Shown: one piece after another, positions 1 to 15,100 of the stretch | How positions within the stretch are numbered: position 1 is the first letter of the stretch | How the letters are laid out: the number at the start of each line of letters is the position of its first letter | Assembly (NCBI GenBank): GCA_964014485.1 | Contig: CAXHAT010000159.1 | Location: 1-18,391, forward strand | Reading direction: 5' to 3' | From: an uncultured Deferribacteres bacterium | Lineage (GTDB): Bacteria; Zhuqueibacterota; Zhuqueibacteria; Zhuqueibacterales; Geothermadaptataceae | DNA: 18,391 nt | Position numbers and translations under genes: made by a program | The notes under the pieces: generated by a model | The model's input: only the letters and a program-made list of their open reading frames with translations | Database searches by the model: none | What the model was told of the DNA's origin: nothing

Positions 1-576
1 ACGGCCAATGCAAGCGGAACGGACGAAATTGATCTGGCTTGGGACGATAATTCCAACAATGAAGACGGTTTTAAAATTGAGCGCAGAGAAAGCGGGGGCG
101 GGTCTTTCGCGGAAATCGCCGAAGTCGCTGACGGAGTCACCGATTACTCTGACACGGGACTTTCGCCGAGTACAACCTACGAATATCGCGTACATGCATT
201 TAATGGCGCTGGAAATTCCGGCTATTCAAACATTGCCGATGCAACGACCGACGATCTTCCGTCGCCTCCATCAGCCCCCGATAATCTGACGGCCAATGCA
301 AGCGGAACGGACGAAATTGATCTGGCTTGGGACGATAATTCCAGCAATGAAGACGGCTTTAAAATTGAGCGCAGAGAAAGCGGGGGCGGGGCTTTCGCGG
401 AAATCGCCGAAGTCGCTGACGGAGTCACCGATTATTCTGACACGGGACTTTCGGCTAGTACGACCTACGAATATCGCGTCCAGGCGTTCAACAGTGCTGG
501 GAATTCCGGTTATTCCAATATCGCCGATGCGACCACGGATGATCCGCCGCCGCCCCCGGCTGATCCTTCCGGGCTG
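1..576 (+). repeat. Two tandem 288-bp FN3-coding repeat units, near-identical in their first part
   Basis: 1-165 and 289-453 differ at only 4 positions by manual comparison; the second halves are more diverged. Confidence 0.9.
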
Positions 577-3500
577 ACCGCAACGGCCAACGGCGCGTCG
601 CAAATCGATCTTTCATGGTCGGACAATTCAAACAACGAAGATGAGTTCAAAATCGAGCGTCATTCCGGCGACGGAAATTTCACCGAAATCGCGACCGTCG
701 GCGCAAATGTGGAATCATATGACGACACGGGTTTAAGCGTTTCAACAACATATACTTATCGCGTCCTGGCCGGCAACGGCTCCGGCGATTCCGACTACTC
801 AAATGAAGCGTCTGCAACAACGGATGAATTGACCATTGATCCTAACGATAATCTCGCGTTGGATAAGCCGGTCGCGACTTCCAGCGAGCTGTCTGCGCGT
901 CCCGCCGAAAATGCCGTAGACGGTGACGAAGGCTCCGTTTTTGGAACTGAAAGCGACGGCGAACAATGGTTGCGCGTCGATCTCACTGACGCTCTGCCAA
1001 TCGGGCGCGTCATTGTGAAATGGACAAGTGATTATTTTGCGACCGATTACGAATTTCAGACTTCCGACGACGACGAGAACTGGGCGACGGTGTATGCCAC
1101 AGATGCAGGCGAAGCCGGTGAACAAGAATTTACTTTTTCACAAACTACCGCGAGTTATGTCCGCCTGTTGATGTCCTCGGGCAACCGCACGCGATACGGG
1201 ATCAATGAATTGGAAGTTTATTCCGGTGATGCTGCGGCAGATCCGCCGCCGGGCGCTCCAAGCTCTTTGTCGGCGAGCTCTAACGGCGTGTCGGAGATCG
1301 ATCTTTCCTGGACGGACAATTCTTCGAATGAAGATAATTTCAACATTGAGCGCCACTCCGGTGACGGCAATTTCGCTGAGATCGCAACCGTCGGCGCGGA
1401 TGTGACGAACTACAACGACACCGGCTTGAGCGCAAGCACAACCTACACATACCGGGTACGAGCTTCGAACGGAGCCGGAAATTCCGACTATTCCAACGAA
1501 GATTCGGCGACGACGGATACACCGGCAATGCCGCCTGCTGACCCGTCCGGATTGACGGCAACGGCCAACGGCGCGTCGGAGATCGATCTTTCCTGGACTG
1601 ACAATTCTTCGAATGAAGATAATTTCAAAATCGAGCGTCACGCAGGAGACGGCAATTTCGCCGAGATCGCGACCGTCGGCGCGGACGTCGTTTCGTACAA
1701 CGACGCCGGCTTGTCCGTATCGTCGACCTACACCTACCGCGTGCGCTCCAGCAACAGTGCGGGGAATTCAGGTTATTCCAGCGAGGCTTCTGCAACAACG
1801 GATGATCCGCCGCCACCGCCCGCTGATCCGTCCGGTTTGACTGCAACCGCCAACGGTTCTTCGCAGATCGATCTGTCGTGGACGGATAACTCTTCGAATG
1901 AAGACAATTTCAAAATCGAGCGGCATTCCGGCGACGGGAATTTTGCTGAAATCGCAACCGTCGGCGCCGACGTGACTTCGTTTGGCGACACAGGGCTTCT
2001 GGCTTCAACGACCTACACTTACCGCGTCTTCGCCAGCAACGGCGCGAGCGATTCTGACTATTCCAACGAAGCGTCGGCCACAACGGATGACGCGCCGCCT
2101 ACGGACTGTACGCCGGGCGAGAACCATGTCATTGGCAAGGTTTTAACGGCAAGTTCAGTGGAAGAAGAAGACGGCCCAATCGCCAGCGCCAACGACGGCG
2201 ACGTTGAAACGTATTGGGAAAGCGGGGACGTCACTGAAGGCGTGCCGGAATGGCTGCACGTCGATCTCGAAGAAGCGCTCGACGTTGACAGCGTCGCCAT
2301 TGTTTGGGAAAGCAAAAACTACGCGACGGTTTATGAAATCCAGACTTCACTGGACGATCTCAACTGGACGACGGCGGTCAGCGCGACCAAGGATGACAAA
2401 GGTACGGATGAACATTCCTTTGCCGCCGTTTCCGCGCGTTATGTTCGCATATACATGACTGAATTCAAGAAGTCGAGCGCAAAAATTGGCGAATTTGAAG
2501 TCTTTGGCTGCGCGGAACAACCGACTACGACACCCGCGGCGCCTTCCGGCTTGACGGCGACTACAAACGGATCTTCGCAGATCGATCTGGCCTGGACGGA
2601 CAATGCCAACAACGAGACCGGCTTTAAAATTGAGCGACACTCCGGCGACGGCAGTTTCACCCAGATCGCCAGCATTGGCGCCAACGCCACCAGCTACAGC
2701 AACGGCGGGCTTTCCGTTTCGACGACGTACACGTATCGCGTTAGAGCAACCAACGGCGCAGGTGATTCCGATTACTCCAACGAAGCTTCGGCAACGACGG
2801 ACGCACCGCCCCCGCCGCCCGCTGCCCCGTCCGGTTTGACCGCAACCGCGAGCGGTTCACCGCAGATCGATCTGTCGTGGACGGACAACTCCGGCAACGA
2901 AGACAATTTCAAGATTGAGCGCCATAGCGGAGACGGCAACTTTGCCGAGATCGCCACTGTCGGCGCAGACGTGGATTCCTACAACGACGCGGGGCTTGCG
3001 GCTTCGACGACCTTCACTTATCGCGTGCGGGCTGTGAACAGCGTCGGGAATTCGGGCTATTCCAACGAAGCTTCGGCGACGACGGAAGATTCGGGTGTTG
3101 ATCCCAACGTCAACCTTGCGTTCGACAAGCCGATCGATGCTTCGAACGATTTTTCATCCTTTGTGGCGGAAAACGCCAATGACGGCGACGAAGGCACGGT
3201 CTGGGGCACCAAGGACGAAGGCAACGAAGAATGGCTCCGGGTCGATCTCGAAACCAGCCAGACCGTAGGCCGCGCGATTGTCAAGTGGAGCGGTTCGCGC
3301 TTCGCACCGGATTACGAACTGCAAGTCTCCGATGACGACGTCAACTGGACGACGGTCTACGCCACCGACGCCGGCGATGAAGGCGAGGATGAATTTGAGT
3401 TCGCCCAAACGACGGCGCGTTACGTCAGGCTCTTCGTCTTGTCCTTCAACAGCGGCGCGGTTGCAGTCATGGAATTGGAAGTTTACTCGGGACCGGTTCT

Positions 3501-3843
3501 CGGTAAGCAGTCAGCAGTAAGCAATGAGCCGTCTTCAGTTGACAGCTCACAGCCGACGGTTGACAGCTTTGCCCTGCACCAAAACTATCCGAATCCGTTC
3601 AACCCGGAAACAACGATTCGTTTTGCGTTGCCGAAAAATGAAATTGTCCGTTTGACGATTTATAATGCGGCAGGCCAGGCGGTTCGCACTCTTTTGCCCG
3701 GAGTTGAACTCGACGTTGGCGAGCACAATTACCGCTGGGACGGTCGCGATGGCTACAATAGGGACGTAGCAAGCGGAATTTATTTTATTCGCATTGCAGC
3801 CGGGCAATTTTCCGCCGTCCGGAAAGCGATGCTTGTAAGGTAA
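1..3843 (+). CDS. 5'-truncated large secreted/surface protein: 8 fibronectin type III repeats, 3 F5/8 type C (discoidin/CBM32-like) domains, C-terminal T9SS-type A sorting/FlgD-Ig domain
   Basis: Frame 1 is open from base 1 (TANASGTDEIDLAWDDNSNNEDGFKIERR...) and in frame with the 709..3843 ORF, so the GTG at 709 is internal. FN3 motif 'P.A.PS.LTAT....S.IDLSWTDNS.NE..F.IER...Y.YRV.A.N..G.S.YS'. Discoidin motifs 'NLALDKPV..SS...AVDGD...W/F...QWLRVDL...ARYVRL...ELEVY' at about 847-1224, 2120-2510 and 3109-3490. C-terminus 'FALHQNYPNPFNPETTIRFALP...IYNAAGQAVRTL...WDGRD...VASGIYFIRI...RKAMLVR'. Confidence 0.92.
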   Translation, partial: TANASGTDEIDLAWDDNSNNEDGFKIERRESGGGSFAEIAEVADGVTDYSDTGLSPSTTYEYRVHAFNGAGNSGYSNIADATTDDLPSPPSAPDNLTANASGTDEIDLAWDDNSSNEDGFKIERRESGGGAFAEIAEVADGVTDYSDTGLSASTTYEYRVQAFNSAGNSGYSNIADATTDDPPPPPADPSGLTATANGASQIDLSWSDNSNNEDEFKIERHSGDGNFTEIATVGANVESYDDTGLSVSTTYTYRVLAGNGSGDSDYSNEASATTDELTIDPNDNLALDKPVATSSELSARPAENAVDGDEGSVFGTESDGEQWLRVDLTDALPIGRVIVKWTSDYFATDYEFQTSDDDENWATVYATDAGEAGEQEFTFSQTTASYVRLLMSSGNRTRYGINELEVYSGDAAADPPPGAPSSLSASSNGVSEIDLSWTDNSSNEDNFNIERHSGDGNFAEIATVGADVTNYNDTGLSASTTYTYRVRASNGAGNSDYSNEDSATTDTPAMPPADPSGLTATANGASEIDLSWTDNSSNEDNFKIERHAGDGNFAEIATVGADVVSYNDAGLSVSSTYTYRVRSSNSAGNSGYSSEASATTDDPPPPPADPSGLTATANGSSQIDLSWTDNSSNEDNFKIERHSGDGNFAEIATVGADVTSFGDTGLLASTTYTYRVFASNGASDSDYSNEASATTDDAPPTDCTPGENHVIGKVLTASSVEEEDGPIASANDGDVETYWESGDVTEGVPEWLHVDLEEALDVDSVAIVWESKNYATVYEIQTSLDDLNWTTAVSATKDDKGTDEHSFAAVSARYVRIYMTEFKKSSAKIGEFEVFGCAEQPTTTPAAPSGLTATTNGSSQIDLAWTDNANNETGFKIERHSGDGSFTQIASIGANATSYSNGGLSVSTTYTYRVRATNGAGDSDYSNEASATTDAPPPPPAAPSGLTATASGSPQIDLSWTDNSGNEDNFKIERHSGDGNFAEIATVGADVDSYNDAGLAASTTFTYRVRAVNSVGNSGYSNEASATTEDSGVDPNVNLAFDKPIDASNDFSSFVAENANDGDEGTVWGTKDEGNEEWLRVDLETSQTVGRAIVKWSGSRFAPDYELQVSDDDVNWTTVYATDAGDEGEDEFEFAQTTARYVRLFVLSFNSGAVAVMELEVYSGPVLGKQSAVSNEPSSVDSSQPTVDSFALHQNYPNPFNPETTIRFALPKNEIVRLTIYNAAGQAVRTLLPGVELDVGEHNYRWDGRDGYNRDVASGIYFIRIAAGQFSAVRKAMLVR
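3507..3567. repeat. Inverted pair of heptamer tandem arrays (GCAGTCA-like x4 / TGACAGC-like x4) translated in frame in the linker before the sorting domain
   Basis: Left units GCAGTCA GCAGTAA GCAATGA GCCGTCT (3507-3534). Right units TGACAGC TCACAGC CGACGGT TGACAGC (3540-3567). Encodes QSAVSNEPSSVDSSQPTVDS. Confidence 0.6.
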
Positions 3844-3948
3844 AGTCATCCTTCTCAAAGCTAGCCGAAAAACAGATTGACCACATTTCGGATAGATGCT
3901 TTACAGTCTTGCCAGACAAAAGCATCCGCCGGATTAAAAGCTTTACCC

Positions 3949-3986
3949 AAATGCCTGACTAGTTTTTGTTGTCAGGCATTTTTGTT
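3949..3986 (+). terminator. Intrinsic terminator-like hairpin between the surface-protein gene and the PKS
   Basis: Perfect 11-bp inverted repeat AAATGCCTGAC (3949-3959) / GTCAGGCATTT (3971-3981), followed by TTGTT; lies about 30 nt upstream of the PKS ATG. Confidence 0.7.
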
Positions 3987-4015
3987 AGAAAATTGAAAAG
4001 TCGAAGGTACCTCCA

Positions 4016-11032
<7,017 letters not shown>

Positions 11033-11036
11033 GTGG

Positions 11037-11117
11037 TTAGTCCATTAGACTATTAGACTGTAGGCAATTAGGTAGACTGCTAGATTCAAGCTCAAGACCT
11101 AATAGTCTACAGCCTAA
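11037..11117. repeat. Intergenic inverted short-tandem-repeat element (TTAGACTA/TTAGACTG-like units)
   Basis: TTAGACTGTAGGCAATTAGG (11053-11072) matches the reverse complement of CCTAATAGTCTACAGCCTAA (11098-11117) at 17/20; extra degenerate units TTAGTCCA TTAGACTA precede it. Confidence 0.7.
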
Positions 11118-11162
11118 CAAGCTTCTCCGATCGGCCGCACCGCACCAAGGAGTTTTGCACCG

Positions 11163-11903
11163 ATGACGTGGCCGTTTTTTGCCAATCAGGGAACAAAATA
11201 CCTCATTCTGTACGCCGTTGCCTACCTTTGCGGATTATTGGTTTTGCACAAGGGCGTGAAGGTCAATTACACCCGCAAGATCAACCATTTTTTTCTTTTT
11301 CTCCTGCCCGTTTTTCTGGATCGGCAGCTCAATTACGATAAAACAGCACTGGCGTCTTTGATCACCTCGGCGTTTGTCGTGGGTTCGTTCGCGTTGTACA
11401 TCAAGCCGATTCGCGAGCGCATTCCTTTTGTCGGAACGATGTTTTCTTCCTTCGACCGCCCGGAAGACCGTCCGCACACGCTGTTCTGGATCACTTCGCA
11501 GATGGTCGTCTCCTACCTCATTATTTTCGGCATTATTTACGCCTTTAACGAACAAGGCATTGGCGGTCTGGTCTACATCCCGCTGCTGATCAACGGGATT
11601 GGCGATGGTTTGGCGGAGCCTGTCGGGGTGCGGTTCGGCAAACATAAATATCAAGTGCGGGGATTTTTTACCGACCGCGTTTTTACGCGAAGTTTGGAAG
11701 GCAGCGCCTGTGTTTTTCTGACTTCGGTGATCGTGCTGCTGCTGTTTCAGGCAAAGTTTTCCCAGGAACAACTCATCGCGGCTTTGTTGATTATTCCGAT
11801 CACCATGACCCTCGCCGAAGCCTGGTCGCCGCACACTTGGGACAGCCCGCTGCTCTTCCTGGTCGGCGGACTATCAACGGTGAGTGTGTTTTATTTCTTT
11901 TAG
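11163..11903 (+). CDS. Polytopic membrane protein of the CTP-dependent polyprenol/dolichol/phytol/diacylglycerol kinase (SEC59/VTE5/DGK1-like) family
   Basis: Multiple hydrophobic segments. Family motifs YTRKINHF (RKxxH), GDGLAEPVGVRFGK (GDxxAxxxGxxxG), RSLEGS (KSxEGS) and TLAEAWSPHTWDSPLL (E...D..P). RBS AAGGAG at 11147-11152. Confidence 0.78.
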   Translation: MTWPFFANQGTKYLILYAVAYLCGLLVLHKGVKVNYTRKINHFFLFLLPVFLDRQLNYDKTALASLITSAFVVGSFALYIKPIRERIPFVGTMFSSFDRPEDRPHTLFWITSQMVVSYLIIFGIIYAFNEQGIGGLVYIPLLINGIGDGLAEPVGVRFGKHKYQVRGFFTDRVFTRSLEGSACVFLTSVIVLLLFQAKFSQEQLIAALLIIPITMTLAEAWSPHTWDSPLLFLVGGLSTVSVFYFF

Positions 11904-11914
11904 AAGGAGCAAGA

Positions 11915-12111
11915 AGGGACAAAGGATCAAAGGCACACAGGCACACAGGCACACAGGCACACAGGCACACAGGCACGAAGTTTTACCATGAAGTGGTTAG
12001 ATAACCCAGCCCGGGGTTAAGCGCAGCGTACCCCGGGTAAATGGCCTCCCCGTTTCCCCCAAAACCCCAACGGGGTAGAACAAAACTCTGCCCCGTTGAT
12101 CCTTTGCCCCT
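11915..12111. repeat. Composite intergenic repeat: 8-bp tandem array (AGGCACAC)x5 bounded by a 16-bp terminal IR, with nested REP-like hairpins
   Basis: AGGCACAC x5 perfect at 11931-11970 plus degenerate flanking units. AGGGACAAAGGATCAA (11915-11930) vs TTGATCCTTTGCCCCT (12096-12111) is a 15/16 IR. Nested CCCGGGGT...ACCCCGGG (12010-12037) and ACCCC-AAC-GGGGT (12064-12076). Confidence 0.8.
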
Positions 12112-12133
12112 ATTCAAAACATAGAGGAGTCAA

Positions 12134-15100
12134 ATGTCACAGCCGACTGTGAATTCGCCACAACTTTCGCAAGCGCAACGTGCGCTGCTCGCATTGAAGG
12201 AAATGCGGGCCAAGCTTGAAAAAATGCAGACCGAGAAGTCTGAGCCAATCGCCGTCGTCGGCATTGGCTGCCGATTTCCGAAAGATGCTGATTCTCCCGA
12301 AGATTACTGGGAAATGCTCAAGGCCGGCGTGAGCGGAATTGACGAAGTTCCGAAGGATCGCTGGAATCTTGACGAATGGTACGATCCCGACCCGAACGCA
12401 CCCGGCAAAATGTACACGAAGTGGGGCGGCTTTTATAAAAGCGTCGACCGATTCGATCCCGGCTTTTTCGGCATTCCGCCGCGCGAGGCCGAAAACATGG
12501 ACCCCCAGCATCTCATGCTTTTGGAAGTCATGTGGGAAGCGTTCGAGCGCGCCGGCATTGCGCCCGACAGTTTGAGCGGCTCTCGCACCGGCGTTTTCCT
12601 CGGCGTCAGCAACAACGATTTTACCCAGATCAAAACACAATTTGCTCAGGCAGCCGATAACAACGCTTTTGCTGCCACGGGCACGTCGTTTTGCATGGCC
12701 GCCGGTCGGCTCTCTTACACGCTCGGCTTGCAAGGGCCAAGCATGGCCGTCGATACGGCGTGCTCCTCTTCGCTTGTCGCCATTCACCTCGCCTGCCAAA
12801 GTTTGCGTTCCCGTGATTCTCATTTGGCGCTCGCCGCCGGGGTCAATTTGATGCTCACGCCCGACCCGACGGTCACGTTTTGCAAAACCGGCGTACTCTC
12901 AAAGGACGGAAAATGTAAAACTTTCGACGCTTCGGCGGACGGCTACGTGCGCGGCGAAGGCTGCGGCGTGCTCGTTTTGAAACGCCTCTCCGATGCGCAA
13001 AAAGACGGCGACAACATCATCGCGCTCATTCGCGGTTCCGCAGTTAATCAAGACGGCAAAAGCAGCGGCATGACGGCGCCAAACGGCCCGGCGCAGGAAG
13101 CAGTGATCAAACGCGCGCTTGAAAACGCCGGAGTCACGCCAAACGAAGTTGGCTATGTTGAAGCGCACGGCACTGGCACGGAAATGGGCGATCCGATCGA
13201 AGTTCACGCGCTAAGCGAAGTTTTTGGCGAAAACCGCGCGCAAGAAAACCCGCTGCGCCTCGGCGCGGTCAAAACCAATCTTGGTTCTCTTGAAGCGGCT
13301 TCGGGCATGGCTAGCATCGTCAAAGTCGCAATGATGCTGAAAAACAAAGCTTTTGCGCCGCATCTAAATCTCAAGGAAATTAGTCCAAAACTGAATTTGA
13401 GCGAAATTCCGGCGGAAGTGCCGACGACGTTCACGCCGTGGGAGACTGTGGAAAAATCGCGCATCGCCGGGGTCAGCTCGTTCGGTTTGAGCGGGACGAA
13501 CGCGCACATCGTTTTGCAGGAGGCGGAAGAACGGACAACGAAGGACGGGGTTTTTGTGAATGAGCGTCCTTTGCATTTGCTCGTTCTATCGGCAAAAGGA
13601 GAATTTGCTCTGCGGGAGAAAGCCGTACAAATACAGGAAGCGCTGAGTTTGGCGAATTCTGAAGATTTTGCTGATGTTTGTTTTATCGCGAATGGCGGAC
13701 GGGCGCATTTTGCACAGCGATTGGCGTTCATCGCTGCTTCGGCGGAAGACGCACGCGCACAGATTGGTAATTTTCTCAACGAAAAAGACAACGATGCTCC
13801 CGGGTTCATCAACACGGTCAAGGCGACGCAGCGCCAAAAGACGGCCTTTGTTTTGTGTGATCTAAACGAGTCCGACGTGGCGGCGAGTCAGGTTTTGTTT
13901 GAAACGCAGCCCGCTTTTAAAAATGCGATTCAGCGCTGTGATGAACTGTTGAAAAAGTCAGGCGAGAGCTCGTTTCTGGAAAATTTGTATTCGCTTGAGT
14001 CCGCCTCCCGAAGCGAAAACCAGCGGAGGGTGGCTTGTTTTGTCGTGCAATTCGCGCTGGCGGAAATGTGGCGCGCTTGGGGCGTGAAGCCCGGCTTGTT
14101 TTTGGCCAACGGCGTCGGTGAATTGACGGCGGCGTGCCTGGCCGGGAGCGTTTCGCTGGAAAACGCGCTGGAATTAGCCAAAAACTTCGACGGCGTCTTC
14201 GAGAAAATTGCCTGGAATCGTCCGCGTCTGCCGATCATTTTTCTTTCGCACGGCGATGCTTTGAAAACGGAAGATTTGCAACGACGCGGGATTTGGCGGG
14301 GCGAGGCCAAAGACGTGTCACGGCTGATCAAATCCGTCAAATTGGCCAAAGAAAAATCGTGCAATATTTTTCTCGAAATCGGTTTTGGCCGCTCTTTGCA
14401 CGACGCTTTGCTGCAAATGCCGGAAACCAACGGCACGCTCGATCAGATGCTCTGGCTGCCTGGAAAAACCGAAAACGGCGACGATGGAGCGGCATGGAAA
14501 TCTTTGTTAAACAGCTTGGCGCAAATGTATCTGAAGGGCGTAGAAATTGATTTCAAGAACTTTGACGCCGGGTACAATCGCCGTCGCGTTGTTCTGCCGA
14601 CCTACCCGTTTCAACGTCAACAATTCAAGATTGAACACGGCAAAGCATCAGCTTCGCCTGCGCCTAAAAAATTGCGCAAGCTCGAGAATATCGAGGACTG
14701 GTTCTACGCGCCGTCCTGGAAAAGCCTGCCGCAATTGCCGGGCGCTGGGCTTGACGCCCGGCGAGAAACTTGGCTGATTTTCGCTGACGAAGGCGGGGCG
14801 GGGGAGAGGCTCGCGTCGAAATTAGCCGCTTCTGACGATAAGGTTATTTCGATCAAAGCTGGTGAAAATTTCAAACGCGAAGATTGGAGCTACACGATCA
14901 ATGTCAAAGAATCCACGGATTATGACATTGTGTTGAATGAGCTGGCGGTGCGAGGGTTGGCTCCAACACGCGTGGTGCATTTCTGGTCTTTGAATGAGAC
15001 GACTGAATTCGAGACGATGCAGAATCAGGGGCTTTACGGCCTCGTTTTTCTGGCGCAATCGCTGAAGCGGCAAAATATTTCCACGAAGATTACGATTGAC

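Noticed and set aside
8..577. Duplicated 93-aa ORFs (8..289, 296..577) as a tandem small-gene pair
   Set aside because: They are alternative-frame shadows of the two near-identical FN3 repeats.
709..711. GTG start of the 1044-aa ORF as the true gene start
   Set aside because: The frame is open to base 1 and encodes more FN3 repeats; the start lies upstream of the window.
1..3090. FN3 repeats as DGR template/variable repeats or a CRISPR array
   Set aside because: Differences are not adenine-specific, no reverse transcriptase or cas gene is in the window, and units are ~285-288-bp coding domains with no repeat-spacer pattern.
11931..11978. (AGGCACAC)n as a CRISPR or coding repeat
   Set aside because: Contiguous 8-mers without spacers in non-coding DNA; a simple tandem repeat.
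13541..13571. AAGGACG...CGTCCTT inverted repeat in the KS-AT linker of PKS2
   Set aside because: 7-bp stem with a long loop; expected by chance.
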